From Octopus vulgaris (Eukaryota), in contig OX597825.1 of the NCBI GenBank assembly GCA_951406725.2, forward strand, positions 14,962,001 through 15,024,000: a DNA stretch of 62,000 nt, written 5' to 3'. Each line of letters opens with the position of its first letter. The stretch's first letter is position 1. The notes beneath the pieces are model-generated. The model saw only the letters and a list, made by a program, of their open reading frames with translations, made no database searches and was not told the DNA's origin. Below, one piece after another: positions 1 to 13,397 of the stretch. Both the position numbers and the translations under genes were made by a program.

Positions 1-13
1 TGAAGAATTTATT

Positions 14-418
14 CTTTTACTCTTTTTACTTGTTTCAGTCATTTGACTGCGGCCATGCTGGAGCACCGCCTTTAATCGAGCAAATCGACCCCGGGACTAA
101 TTCTTTTGTAAGCCCAGTACTTATTCTATCGGTCTCTTTTGCTGAACCGCTAAGTAACGGGGACATAAACACACCAGCATCGGTTGTCAAGCAATGCTAG
201 GGGGACAAATACAGACACACAAACACACATACATATATATATATATATATACATATATACGACTGGCTTCTTTCAGTTTCCGTCTACCAAATCCACTCAC
301 AAGGCATTGGTCTGCCCGGGGCTATAGCAGAAGACACTTGCCCAAGATGCCACGCAGTGGGACTGAACCCGGAAACATGTGCTTGGTAAACAAGCTACTT
401 ACCACACAGCCACTCCTG
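14..418 (-). mobile_element. SINE family A, near full length (tRNA-like head, internal (TA)n/(TG)n, (GAGTAAAA)n tail)
   Basis: Near-identical to copies at 24974, 41836 and 52501. Minus strand reads CAGGAGTGGCTGTGTGGTAAG ... GGTTCAGTCCC (A/B-box-like) ... GGCGGTGCTCCAGCATGGCCGCAGTC ... GTAAAAAGAGTAAAAG. Confidence 0.9.
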
Positions 419-1651
419 ACAATGTTGGTTTAAAAGGAATTAAGCATAATATGTCTTTGGTACTTCCACTGACCGATCCCAGCGAGTGTAAATGTTTACT
501 GATAGTTTCAGTTATATAATGTGTGTGGATTTGCGTCTGTAAAGGATGGTACCACAAGCAAGAATATCAGCAAAAAATATATACCTACATGAGTTGAGTT
601 TTGGACAACTAATAAAAAGAGCAAATGTCCCTGTAGTGATCGATGTGTGCCCAATATATTTTATATATGTGTAAAAGAGGCAACATTGGACTTTTCCCCA
701 CTGCCGATGATTTCATGTTAACCGTTCGACTAGATATGTTAACCCGCTATATAGAAGATGTTGAAGATGTTTAATGTAATAACAACTTCATGGAAACTAC
801 TGTCTACTGTAGTGGATTCATATCTGTTTGCTTGGAGGCAAAGGGCATACCGCACACTAGATCATGTTGCTACACCTTTGGGCGAAACATGTGTCGTATA
901 TCTAGGCACGCCATTGCACTTTCTGAGTTGAAAACAACAGCGGATAAATACAATAAGAGACAAATACTGATTAATTTCTAACTCAATTTGCTTTCTCCTA
1001 CCGATGCTACAAGACAGTAATATATAAAACTTTACGTTATGTTTAAATGTTTGCATCTAAGAAAGTTTTCTGCCGCAAATATTTCTTTTTTATATATGAT
1101 ATAATCGCGGATACACTTAACGTTATATTTTTCAACAGTTGTATAATTATTACAGTCATTTTTATCAAAATATTATTCAATACTACCGTCTCAATGGATT
1201 TTCTTGTCTGTCTTATAATACATCTAATTCATATTCAGCAGCAGAACAAGCACAAAACACCTGATCGGTTTCGTTTTTATGTATTAGAAAAGCGTCACTT
1301 TAACTGAACTAAATTGTTTTTTTCTCTCATGACAATAATATATACCTTAGTCTGTCTACGCAATCGTTTATTTATTTGTCACTGATATCGAGTAATCTTA
1401 ACGTCTCAGTATACGATTCTAGTATACAATATTATTTTTCTTTCTGTACTTGCCTCGCCCTCCTTAATACTTCCTCATCACTAAAGTTCAAATTACAAGC
1501 TTTGAAAAGTATCTTGCACGTATCCAACTATATTATGAAAAATGTGGGTTCTGTCCTTATTCTAGCATGTCTTAGATTGTTTATGCTTATTCTGAAACAG
1601 CCTGATGTTTACCTAGAATACGCAAGAAAGTTATAGACACAAGTATGCGTA

Positions 1652-1654
<3 letters not shown>

Positions 1655-1744
<90 letters not shown>
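1655..1744. repeat. (AT)n(GT)n compound microsatellite
   Basis: Read directly. Confidence 0.95.
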
Positions 1745-1746
<2 letters not shown>

Positions 1747-2230
1747 TACTTATGGTATCATAAGCAAGTATATAAACAAAGAATATATACCTTCATCAGT
1801 ATACTTGCTTATGATACCATATTGTTGTTTACGATAGCATCAGTGACTTAGAATGCGCCAAAAACTATACTTGACTAAGTTGTTATGGTGTAACAGCCCC
1901 TACTGTTTGTTTTCACTGTCCTGTTTTTGTTACCAACTTTGACCATCCGCAAATCCCAAATTTTACTTTGCTTTGCGGGAGAAACTCTTTCCTCTAAGAT
2001 ATATCTTGTCGTAATTGATCGAAACGTGGAGTAGACAAACAGCGGACAACTGACAAAGGGTCGTTCTTTATGCTACTAGTCTCGTCTTCCATTTATTTTA
2101 TCAGTTGTTCGCAAACAAGTTCGTATTCCATGTTTCCGTATTCATGTCGTTTACGATTTTTGACGTCATGCACCTTTATATGCATATGTATATTCATACA
2201 TATGTATGTATAAATGCATATATACATATT

Positions 2231-2315
<85 letters not shown>

Positions 2316-3312
2316 CATATGAATACCTGGTTTCCAACGTTTCATTTGTCCATGATCCATTACGCCTATGGTATGGGCAGATACCTAGAAGAACATTCAT
2401 GTGGCTCATTTAAAGACTACTCAAGTACATATTAGTTTCTCCTATTTTTCCAGTTAGTTATCATAATTCTCTGAAGATACCTATCTTGAAATCTGCAATT
2501 TTATCCTCTCGTCATTTTTATAGAACTGTTTTCATATACACAGTTTAGTAATATCAATGTATGCTGACATTAAAATTTGGTCATCTTTTTGACGGAGGTA
2601 AAGGCAAGGTTTTGCTACTGACAGTCACATTTTCGAACCACGTCTTTGTTATGTTATTCAGGTACGATAATTATTTCAAATAGGAGAACTGATAAACTAC
2701 TTTCACCATTTGACATCCATTGATAACTGGATTATATCTTTATATTTTCCTTCCTAATCGTTGATTCAGTTTAGTTGCAAATAGAGAATAAACTATAAAC
2801 TCCATAGCTTACACATTTTAATCATCTTAAATATCGTTATCTTGTTATAACACAGTATAATGTTACTCTTATTTAATTAAGAGCTAGCAACTTCAATATA
2901 AATAATCAATTTCGCAGCAATTCTTTTACAGACTTTAAATTACCCATAAAAATATTTCTTGTACTTTTCTCAAAAGACGATTTATGCATCGACTTAAAAC
3001 AGAAAGATGTCGAATCTGTCCTACCTCTCCAAACACTCGTTACGTACCAGATAGAAGAAGCTGTTATCATTTTACCATACCCTACACAGATAAAGGGGGC
3101 AGTTAGAGGTTCAATAAGGAGAAGTGAAGTGCTGTCCATCCTTATTTAATATATACAATCAATATATGATGTTAGAAAATACGAAGTGAAATTTCGGACT
3201 GTGAGCATTTTTCCCTTCAAATCGGAATAACTATACTGTGGTTCTATCATATACACTATTTTCTATTTTTGTGGCTGTAAAGAACTTATTACACACACTT
3301 GGGTGAATGAAC

Positions 3313-3382
<70 letters not shown>

Positions 3383-3855
3383 TATCATATCATATCAATA
3401 TGATTCAGTTGAGTTAGGTACTTAAATTGAAGCTCCTTGTTAGGTCGTAATAATATACACAGACAGCAATATTAGGTAAATACCAAACTTGATACGTATG
3501 TACTGGCCGAAAGATATTCTTGCAGCATATGTAGGCAATTTGACCTAGCTGAGAGAAGAAATTTGCTCTTTAGCTATTCAAACATGTACACCATATTAAA
3601 TATACAATCCCTAATATTCACGAAGGGCAGATTGCGAGAGAAGTAAATAAAATACAAGCAACTAACAGCATAACTACAAGTGTCAATGCATTACGGCTCT
3701 TTCTAACAACTCCTTTAATTCCTTAATGAAAACATTACATCATTGCAAAGAAACTGTTGTTGTCAAATGAATTCATGTAATGTTTTCTTTAATCAATTAA
3801 AGGAGTCTTTAGAAACGGCCGTAATTTATTGACAACTGTACCTCTACCGCTATTC

Positions 3856-3920
<65 letters not shown>

Positions 3921-4090
3921 AATGATTTTGGGCGTGTGTGTTTACGTATATGTATGGAAAAGCATACAAATATGAACTCACATGCAAGATACAAACTTAT
4001 AATACATACATCCGTACCTATATACATGAACTACATGAACATTCTTCTATGCATAAGCATATCTAAATATGTAAAGTGGAATTTTCTTTG

Positions 4091-4123
<33 letters not shown>

Positions 4124-4269
4124 CGCATACATCCATGCTCACACATATTTCTAAATATATGTATATATATATATATGTATAAACGTTCATATAAATACAA
4201 CATATACAATGCATATATACTTATGTCTAAATAGTTGGTAACTATCAATGCTGCAGAAACGAATTAGTG

Positions 4270-4365
4270 GCGTATATATATATATGCATATATACATATA
4301 CATATGGATATATATATATGTACATACACATATATGTATATATGCATATATATATGTACATACAC

Positions 4366-4397
<32 letters not shown>

Positions 4398-4519
4398 GCA
4401 TATATACATATACATGTATATATATATATATATATATATGCATATATACATATACATATGGATATATATATATGTACATACACATATATGTATATATGCA
4501 TATATATATGTACATACAC

Positions 4520-4574
<55 letters not shown>

Positions 4575-4585
4575 TTATATATATC
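4270..4585. repeat. Degenerate (TA/CA)n tract with an internal ~150-bp duplication
   Basis: The block GCATATATACATATACATATGGATATATATATATGTACATACAC occurs at ~4287 and ~4440. Confidence 0.85.
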
Positions 4586-5552
4586 AGGATATTTCGTGAA
4601 ATTGAATTTCATAGACTAAAAATTATAAACGCGTTACGTGTTACCAAAATTATAACTTGATAAAAATAATTGTGAAAAAAGAACAATAAGATGTAGGTTT
4701 ATCTTTAGTAGGTACGTGAATATATATTTTTGTCGAAAATATTATCTCAAAGACATTTTCCTCTTCTCGAGACAAATATAATGAAATTATTGCATTATTC
4801 CTTTCACTAAGATTTTTAAAATAGAAGGGAAAATGTTAGAAATATGCTACGCTGATTTTAGTTACTGAAAGGCTGTAAATGCTTTTAAAAATAAATATCT
4901 TTTTTTTCCAGTTGTTGTTGTTTTTAAGTAGATAAAATGATGATATTACGGTTTATATTCTTCTCTATCTATATAAACTATAAAGAATGGATGATATACC
5001 CTTTAAAATAGTGTGGTGTAAAAATATATGATAATAAAGCAGTAATCTGCTCACACACACACACCTCCATATGTTCGTGCAGACAAGAAGTGCAGAAGTG
5101 CAGAACAAACTGCATAAATAAATCAATAGGGAAAACTGTAATATAAAGGAAAAATATAACAAGCATTATTAAGCGAAAATAAAACGAAAAAAGATTTGCT
5201 TATAAAGAGAAACCGAGATTAGATTACCAGCATAAAATCCAAAAAATGTAATTTATAATATTGTAATAACCTAAATGAAAATATGAAACTGTGTAAAACT
5301 ACAAAGAACTGTATTCTAGTTTCCTGGAAAATACCTGAAGCAATCTATGTTTTATGTTTTTTTTGTTAATCTATTTCTATTCGGGATATATATTTCTTGA
5401 ACTCTATCTTTGCACTAGTTCTCGTGTTGCTATATGATCTTTTGCATTTTATATAGAAAATAAATTTATGTACTTTGTACGCAGAAAAGCCGGATATAAT
5501 TACATAGAAATTTATTTGATTGGTTTTTCATTATTATATATTGCCTAAAGAT

Positions 5553-5785
5553 AAGGCGGCGAGCTGGCAGACATGTTAGCATGCCGGGCGAAATGCTTAG
5601 CCGTATTTCGTCTGCCGTTACGTTCTGAGTTCAAATTCCGCCGTGGTTGACTTTGCCTTTCATCTTTTCGGGGTCGATAAATCAAGTAGCAGTTACGCAC
5701 AGGGGTCGATGTAATCGACTTAATCCCTTTGTCTTTCCTTGTTTGTCCCCTCAGTGTTTAGCCCCTTGTGGATAGTAAAGAAATA
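5553..5785 (+). mobile_element. SINE family B, full length with 16-bp TSD
   Basis: Head AAGGCGGCGAGCTGGCAG, B-box GAGTTCAAATTCC, core GCCTTTCATC..CGGGGTCGATAAAT. Flanked by TATATTGCCTAAAGAT (5537-5552) and TATATTACCTAAAGAT (5786-5801). Confidence 0.9.
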
Positions 5786-5801
5786 TATATTACCTAAAGA
5801 T

Positions 5802-5960
5802 GGCGACGGCGGCATATCATCAGTGTTTACGTTCTGAGTTCAAATTGTGACGAGGGCGATTTCGCCTTTGATCATACAATTTGCGTTGTTGGGATCGATA
5901 TAATCGAATTATCTCCTACCAGGAAATTCCTGGCCGTGTGTCAATATTTGAAACCATTAT
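5802..5960 (+). mobile_element. Old family-B-type SINE with alternative tail (B')
   Basis: GTTCTGAGTTCAAATT, GGGATCGATATAATCGA, tail ..GGCCGTGTGTCAATATTTGAAACCATTAT. Confidence 0.65.
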
Positions 5961-6010
5961 GTATTTCGTTTAACGTCGGCGAATCTCCTTAATGTATCCT
6001 AGGACTATTT

Positions 6011-6332
6011 AAGGCGGCGAACTGGCAGTATCGTTAGCACGCCAGGCAAAATACCTGGTGGCATTTCACGCGTCATTTCGTTCTAAGTTCAGTTTCCGTC
6101 GAAGTCACCTCTGCTTTTCATTCTTTCGATATCGATTAAATAAGTACCAGTTGAGCATTGGCCTTAAGTTGTGAGTTAAAATTCCGCCGAAGTCAAATTT
6201 GCCTTTCATCCCGTCGGGGTCGATAACTTAAATACCAGTTACGCACTGGGGTCGATGTGATCGACTTAATCCATTTGTCTGTCCTTGTTTGTCACCTCTA
6301 TGTTTAGCCCCCAGTGGGCAATAAAGAAAATA
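6011..6332 (+). mobile_element. Two nested or adjacent family-B SINE copies
   Basis: Head AAGGCGGCGAACTGGCAG at 6011. A second unit starts near 6165 and ends GGGCAATAAAGAAAATAAGA. Confidence 0.8.
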
Positions 6333-7239
6333 AGATTTGAAACTAATATATCATATTGCTAATTATAAAGGAGACGAACGTATGTTTAATGCACTCGAGA
6401 ACCAACTTTAGAGAGGGGGATTCTTCACAAGACATAGCTTTCAGCATTTAGAAGCCACATCATAAACCAAATATAAAACGTACTCTTATGCACAAACAGT
6501 TTGGTCGCCTTCTGTCATCTTTAAAAGTCTTAAACAATAATAATAGGATTTCTAGTCTCGCCTCTTCTAAAAAACTTTCTAGTTTTTTAACGGTTACTCA
6601 GCATACTGTACTGATGCTTTATTGCAGAGAGTGTATGGTGAGAAATTATATTATGCACATAATGTTAAAGTTAAACAGCAAGTTAATAATCAGATTTATA
6701 TTCCGAGTAACATTAACACGACTCCTGACGATAAATTTAAAAGCTCTATGCTTACCTTATAAATTATCTTTTCTGGCATATGCTAAATGGCTACGCAACT
6801 ATAATGCTACTAAAATGAAACGAAATCATGAATTAACCTCATAATATGCATAGATACAAACCTTCACTGACACTACAAATTAAGTCTTCCACATATCAAA
6901 ATAATACTAGCGCTTTCTGACTAAACTTATTAGCGCCACTATAGATAATGACTATATTTCAGGGGATTACTAACATAATATCACATGCAATAGAAAAAAG
7001 AAAAAAAACTAGTAATCAAAATACCTGTTGTATTCGCATACACAGGAAATATCAGCCTTTGTGGTAATCCAATATTTAAAGGTAATAAAAATCCCTGTGG
7101 TGTCTCAGATATCGATAGTGGTAAACATAATTCTCAATCTACACACTCCAAATATACATCTCTCTAATTCATGTAAAAACGTAAGGCATGGTTCTTCGAT
7201 CATTCATAACGATGTCCTATATTTCAAGCGTCCCGAGAC

Positions 7240-7374
7240 AGAAAACGGGATAAAACTTGGTATAATGTTCCATTTGAACTATCAGCTCAAAGCAAAACTC
7301 CTCACATATCCTTTAAAATTAAGGCCTATTTCCCACCAAAACATCACCTCTACGGCATATCCAACAAAGTTACT
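7240..7374 (+). pseudogene. Penelope-like element RT-linker remnant
   Basis: Reads RKRDKTWYNVPFELSAQSKTPHISFKIKAYFPPKHHLYGISNKVT, resembling the recalled PLE motif RKR.IIWFNPPFS...HFPP.H.L..IFN..T. Confidence 0.55.
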
Positions 7375-7483
7375 CGGACACTTTCTTCTATACACTTAAT
7401 TTCACAACAATTACAATCGTTCAAAATTAAAGTTTCACGATATTTTCAAACAGAAATAATCACTTTAATACTTACCGACCCTC

Positions 7484-7534
<51 letters not shown>

Positions 7535-7673
7535 TCGTCTCTTTTATTAGATAGCTAAACTTTTAGCAGTCTAATATTAATGGTTACAATAACATATTTA
7601 CAATAATAGGGTTTATGGAATTTTATTTTTTTTTAAAGATTTTAAAAAATAGATATTTTAATTTGGATCATTA

Positions 7674-8033
7674 CGCGCACAGGGGCTAGACCAGCGGGCC
7701 CGCTGTCATAGGATCGCGGTTTCGATTCCCAGAGCGGCCGTTGTGAGTGCTTTTTGAGTGAAACTACTTGAAGCTCCACGACGTTCCGGCAGTGGGGTGG
7801 CGAACCCTGCTGTAGTCTTTCACCACAAATTTCTCTCACTCTTTCTTTCTGTTTCTGTTGTACCTGGATTTCAGCCTTATCAAACTCCCTGTCTCTCTGA
7901 ATCTTCCCGAGAACTACGTTAAGGGTACAGATGTCTGTGGAGTGCTTAGCCACTAGCACGTTAATTTCACGAGCAGGCTGCTTCATTGGTCAGATCAGCT
8001 GCAACCCTCGTCGTCGTAACCGATAGAATGCCA
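7674..8033 (+). mobile_element. Hybrid SINE: family-D 5' half joined to family-C 3' half
   Basis: 7674-7853 matches the D copy at 46025-46335 (GGTTTCGATTCCCAGA, CTTTCACCACAAATTTCTCTCACTCTTTC). 7855-8033 matches the C copy at 23966 (GAGAACTACGTTAAGGGTAC, CTCGTCGTCGTAACCGA). Confidence 0.85.
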
Positions 8034-8191
8034 CGACGACACGCACACGTGTTTATATAACTTTTCAGATATATGTAATTTAATGCGCTTTTATGTTCCT
8101 GCTTATATTTATATGAATATAATGATATAGGTCTATAGTTACATATTTGTTTATAAGATTTAAGTTATATGGGAATTATGGTGAGTGTGCT

Positions 8192-8309
8192 CTCTTTTTA
8201 CTCTTTTACTTGTTTCAGTCATTTGACTGCGGCCATGCTGGAGCACCGCCTTTAGTCGATCAAACATCGGTTGTCAAGCAATGCTAGGGGGACAAACACA
8301 GACACACAA

Positions 8310-8340
<31 letters not shown>

Positions 8341-8499
8341 CAACAGGCTTCTTTCAGTTTCCGTCTACCAAATCCACTCACAAGGCATTGGTCAGCCCGG
8401 GGCTATATCAGAAGACACTTGCCCAAGATGCCACGCAGTGGGACTGAACCCGCAACCATGTGGTTGGTTAGCAAGCTACTTACCGCACAGCCACTGCTG
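8192..8499 (-). mobile_element. SINE family A with ~100-bp internal deletion
   Basis: Matches the 14-418 copy but jumps from GTCGATCAA to ACATCGGTTGTC. Confidence 0.88.
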
Positions 8500-8617
8500 A
8501 ATTCTGTGTACATGTCTGTGCCTAAATGTTCCCAAATGAATATATATATATATATATGTAATTTTTCGTGTTTGGATTTGGTTTGCAAGATGCTATATGT
8601 GAGTTCTTGTGTTGAAT

Positions 8618-8792
8618 CATATTCTGTTGTGTCTGGGGAGAGTCATTTTCCTTTTGTGCCTTACAATGTAACACACACACCGGTAAAATTTAGGAAAATA
8701 AAAATAAGAAATAAGTGGAAATTTTACCGGTGAGTAAATTTTACATTATAAGGCACAAAAAATATGACTCTCCCCAGACACAACAGAATATG
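8618..8792. repeat. Inverted repeat (fold-back), ~74-bp arms
   Basis: CATATTCTGTTGTGTCTGGGGAGAGTCAT...CACCGGTAAAATTT versus AAATTTTACCGGTG...ATGACTCTCCCCAGACACAACAGAATATG. Confidence 0.9.
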
Positions 8793-9596
8793 TAATTTAT
8801 ATTTGCCCTTAAATTCCTTCACAACTGTTCCATTATATTTTAAGACTTGTAAAATATGAGATACTCTTATTTTTCCCATTTATGTTTATCGTATATATGC
8901 ATTCAGTGTGTAACTTCTTCCAAAAGTTTATTATTATTATGGATTATGTTTTCTGGATATGTGGTCGGGTCTAGCTTATCTATGGGTGTGCATGTATGTA
9001 TATGTGTTTGTGTTATAGCGGGATTATTTGTATGCCATCTATACTATTTGAAATATGATTTTATAGTTATGTTTGTATGTATAGTTAGCTATTTATCTCC
9101 TTATTAGTATTTCTCGCTCTATACTTATATCTGTATTAACATTGATATGCGTATATTTATGTGTGTGTGTGTGTGTGTGTAATTTGAAATAGATTTTATA
9201 TCTATTTTATTTCAATTGTATTTTATTTGTGATTTCAGATATATTGTATTCGATATTGTCGTTCATCGAAAGCTTACCGTATTTTTGTTGAATAATGGTA
9301 GAAACCTGTATAGGTGAGATTTGCTTATGACGTCGGTCGCATCTAAGAGACAAATGTGTATATAAGTTATATTACACTCAGAAATAAATAATACGCACAT
9401 TTTGAGAGCTTTTCCCGTTGTTGATACACAATTAAAATTATAAAGCAACTTAGAACGCTTATCAAGACTTTAATATCTACTATATCACGCAACTGTAGGA
9501 ATAACATATTTCTAAGAACTAGGGGTTTTTAAAATTTTATCCAATTGCAACTGCTTTGTTGTGTATTCGGAGACTTTAATGTATTGTCGTTATCTA

Positions 9597-9720
9597 ATTA
9601 TCAGGCCGCTATTAAGATATCTCAAACATTCGAATTACCTGCTGATAGTCTAACAAATCACCTGAGGTAAACAATTGACTTGTGAACTTCGAATACATTG
9701 TATTATACGGCCTTAATAAT
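9597..9720. mobile_element. Possible small MITE
   Basis: Imperfect terminal inverted repeats ATTATCAGGCCG / CGGCCTTAATAAT. Confidence 0.3.
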
Positions 9721-10145
9721 TTGGAATTTTATTAAAGTAGGTTTGAATTTAAAGCGTCACTCCTGTAAGCAAGAGAATACCAACTTCAAACAATGAATGT
9801 TGAACCAATATTGTTGAGTGAGAAAATGTGAATAACTTTAAATGAACTCACCATATCTTTTAAATAGGATGAATATTATTTCTAACACCCTCTGTTGTTG
9901 AATGTGTTTACTATTCTGAAACAATGCTTATTCTATAGTTCATCTACCTATGGGGATTAAGATCATGAGTAGGTTTTGTCTTAAGATCTTCAGGTGAACA
10001 ATCTTCTTCATACGATTTATACCAAGATTCCGTAACGAAATGGAAATGTTTCACGTATTAGAAAATACCAGCTTTATTACCGATAGGTAGGTATATGATC
10101 TCAGTGGAGATGTTTGATGACCGGCGAAGTATATGAAAAGCAGGG

Positions 10146-10557
10146 GATCTTTTCCGTTTGAACGGCAGTTTTTAACATAATTTCTAGTTAACTAAAAAAT
10201 TTTAAACTTCGTACACTGGTAGAATGTGTTCATAAAACATCTTTTTCTCTTGGCTTTATTGAGAAAATTCTATAGCTTGTAAGATATTTGTGTTTTTCTT
10301 TCTTCAAGTTCTGCAATTTCAACCAATCACTCACGTCTATTGAGGTAAAAAAAAACATTCTGTGCCGTATGAATATGTCCCTCGTTTAAGAAACAGATTG
10401 GGTTTAGTTACATTTGTGAAGAAAAAAGAAACCTTTCCCCCGCACCCCTAATCCTAACCCTAACCCTAACTAACCCTGACCCTAAAACAGTCATAATTAT
10501 GGGTGACAATTTCATATGATATCACTAGAAAGAACTGCCGTCCAAACCGAAAAGTTG
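10146..10557. mobile_element. Non-autonomous TIR element (MITE-like) with internal telomere-like (TAACCC)n
   Basis: TIRs CTTTTCCGTTTGAACGGCAGTTTTT and AAGAACTGCCGTCCAAACCGAAAAG. Internal CCTAATCCTAACCCTAACCCTAACTAACCCTGACCCTAA at ~10446-10485. Confidence 0.75.
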
Positions 10558-11182
10558 CAAAAGAGGTACCACATGATACAATTATTTATTCAAATTAACA
10601 ACTCGAGCAACGACAAAACAATTAACGTTCTGCTGCATTTTGCAGCGTTTTCTACATTCTCCAGTTCTCACTACACAGGAAACTGTTATACTGACCTTCT
10701 TCGTAAAGTGCTAATGCCTATAAAATTACTTCGAGCAAAAGAGGAAATGCGACCCATTATCAAAGTAATGGACACTGAGTTTCATGTTTCACATTATTTA
10801 ATCGTTTTATATCATATCAAACTCCAATAACTTTACCATTTCAATATACCGACAATATTTCTTTTATACATATTTGCTAAAATTCAATGACCTTGCTGTA
10901 TTTAGTTTCTCAATTTTCACAAAATTTATGAACGCACGCCAATATTTCAAACGAATGATCATGTGAATTTTTTAGTCTACTGTCACGTTACTGATTTTAA
11001 TTAAAAAAAATAAAATATTAGTAATATTTTTCAAATCAATATAGAAAAGAAATTGCAATTTGATGAAAGACGACATACATGATTTATAAATGGAGACATT
11101 TTGTGATGACTTAGTTATTGCTTCCGTGATATTTTATATATTATGACGCCAAATGTATAATATATTATGCACACACACACAT

Positions 11183-11341
<159 letters not shown>

Positions 11342-13189
11342 CATACATATTAGTTTATCTCAGAGTTAAGAATTATATAAAACTCACTTCTCTTGCACAA
11401 AATTAAGAAAATTAAAAAATATTTTCAAACAAAAGAGAAGAAAAAAGAATGAAATGAAATTTGATAAAAACGTTACGTATAACATGTTAAGTACAATCAC
11501 ATATTGAAAATACATTTAAAGTAAATAATAAAATGAACGATTTAGGAAAACATGAAATAAATGCAAGTAAAACAGTTTACTTTGATTGCACAACTATGCC
11601 ATTGTAGAAGAATGTGAGGTGTTAATTACAGAATTTGGTAAGGGATATAGCTCACTTTAGTTTTGTTCATAATCTACTATAGATGATATTTACTTTGGTT
11701 TCATATTCATACCAGTTATTTGTTGATAGAGAATTATATGAACCACACACACACAGATACACACACACAATCTATGTATGTATGTGTCTCTCTCTCATAC
11801 TCACATATATGAAAATATCATACTTGCTTGTAAATTTTAAATACTTCAAACGCAAGCCTGTTTAAGCAACATATATAGAATTTTATGCATACGGAGACAT
11901 ACTGAGAAACTTTGTTATGATTGCCATATGCAAATGCTATTTTTTCTCTATACCTAGAATAGAGAAAAATGGTAAAGTGTCAGTGATATTAATCTTAAGT
12001 ATTCTCGTTTGGTTTCAATATCAATGCTCCAAGGCGTTTGGCTAAATTAATAAAGATAATACAGATTAAAACAAATTTCTTGTAACTGTCTCAAATTAAG
12101 TCCTACATGTAAATTTTAAAAAGAAACAAAAACAAATATTCATTATATAGTTTTGCCATGAGAAAATTATTTAACATTACAGTTGGAAATTGAGCTGTCC
12201 AATTTCGATAAATTGCTGTCCAGGGAATACCAATGTATCTAATTCATCTTGCCAGGTATATTAACAATAAAAAACGCTAGGAATTGATGCCTGGATATTC
12301 CATGCCCTATATTACAGTGTTGTCATATTGGAGTTAATCACTGAAGCAACGCAAATAATGGAGAGTTGTTAAAGTAGACAATAAACTAATATATATCTGA
12401 ATTGTAAGCTCTAGTGTTAAATTTCAAATTCCGAAATACTTAGGCCATTTCTTATTTCTTTGCCAACAGCCCACTCAAGTGAAACAGCATGGTGTTATTG
12501 AAGCAACACAACCAAAGCAATATATTACTATATTGATATAAATGGTAATACTCAGTTTGATTTCATTTTATTTACTAGAACAACGTTCTTCCACATAGGA
12601 TGCTGGTTACTTTAGCAATTATTCTGTTTATAAAACGATTACTCAAGCTGCATCATCTGTTAATTTTCCATAAATTTATGCTACCTTAATATGCTAATGG
12701 AAAATTCCAAATGCATCTTGACAGCGAATCCCATAAAGTGCAGTTTTATCACTTGTTTGTTTGAAAGTCATTCATCCAGTATCATTTGAACGTCAATCAC
12801 CGTATATCATTAGACACGTAAATCTTCGTCGATTCTATGGAAGAAAGGAAATCAATCCGAAGCAGATGTTGCTTAGCAGATCCGACAATTGTCCTACAAA
12901 GTTATTGGAAAAATGATTGAAATATCAGCAAACTCATGTATCAAGTAAAATATGATCCTAAGCATTCGTATAGAATAATTACCTTAATGTTGAGAATGAA
13001 TTGTCATAGTTTTGTATTTGTTTGACGATATGCCATCGTATATGAGTCGAAACAATATGCTATATTTCTACACGGTATATCTTTCTGGATAACGCCCATA
13101 CGGTAAACTATCAAAGAACATCTATCATAATATTCAGGTTATAGGAAACATCCTTAAGATGAACAGTTTTTAATATTGTTTACCAGTCA

Positions 13190-13397
13190 AAGGCGGTAAG
13201 CAGACAACCGCTAACGGGCAAAATGCTTAGCAGCATTTCTTCCAACATTACTTTGTGAGTTCAAATGCCACCGAGGTTTACTTGGTCTTTTATATTTTCA
13301 GATTCGATAAAATAATTACCAGTGAAGTAATGAGGTTGATGTAATCGATTTATTCACTCTGCCGATATTGTTGGCCATGAGCCAGAATTTGAAACAA
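13190..13397 (+). mobile_element. Degenerate B' SINE
   Basis: AAGGCGG head, GTGAGTTCAAATGCCACCGAGG, tail GGCCATGAGCCAGAATTTGAAAC. Confidence 0.7.

Noticed and set aside
194-433. Recurrent MLGGQ... ORFs (194, 8281, 25157, 41870 and others)
   Set aside because: They are antisense read-through of SINE family A, not a gene family.
857-905. Hammerhead half-motif GAAAC-ATGT-GTC with outer CTAGAT/ATCTAG pairing
   Set aside because: The CUGANGA strand is absent (TTGCTAC in its place), so it is too decayed to call.
1985-2035. PLE-terminus-like CGAAACGTGGAG with TTCC/GGAG pairing
   Set aside because: The core reads TCTAAGA and the cleavage base is missing. It is a single copy and cannot be verified here.
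2975-3110. ERCRICP CxxC motif, possibly a PLE linker
   Set aside because: No flanking RT or GIY-YIG motifs.
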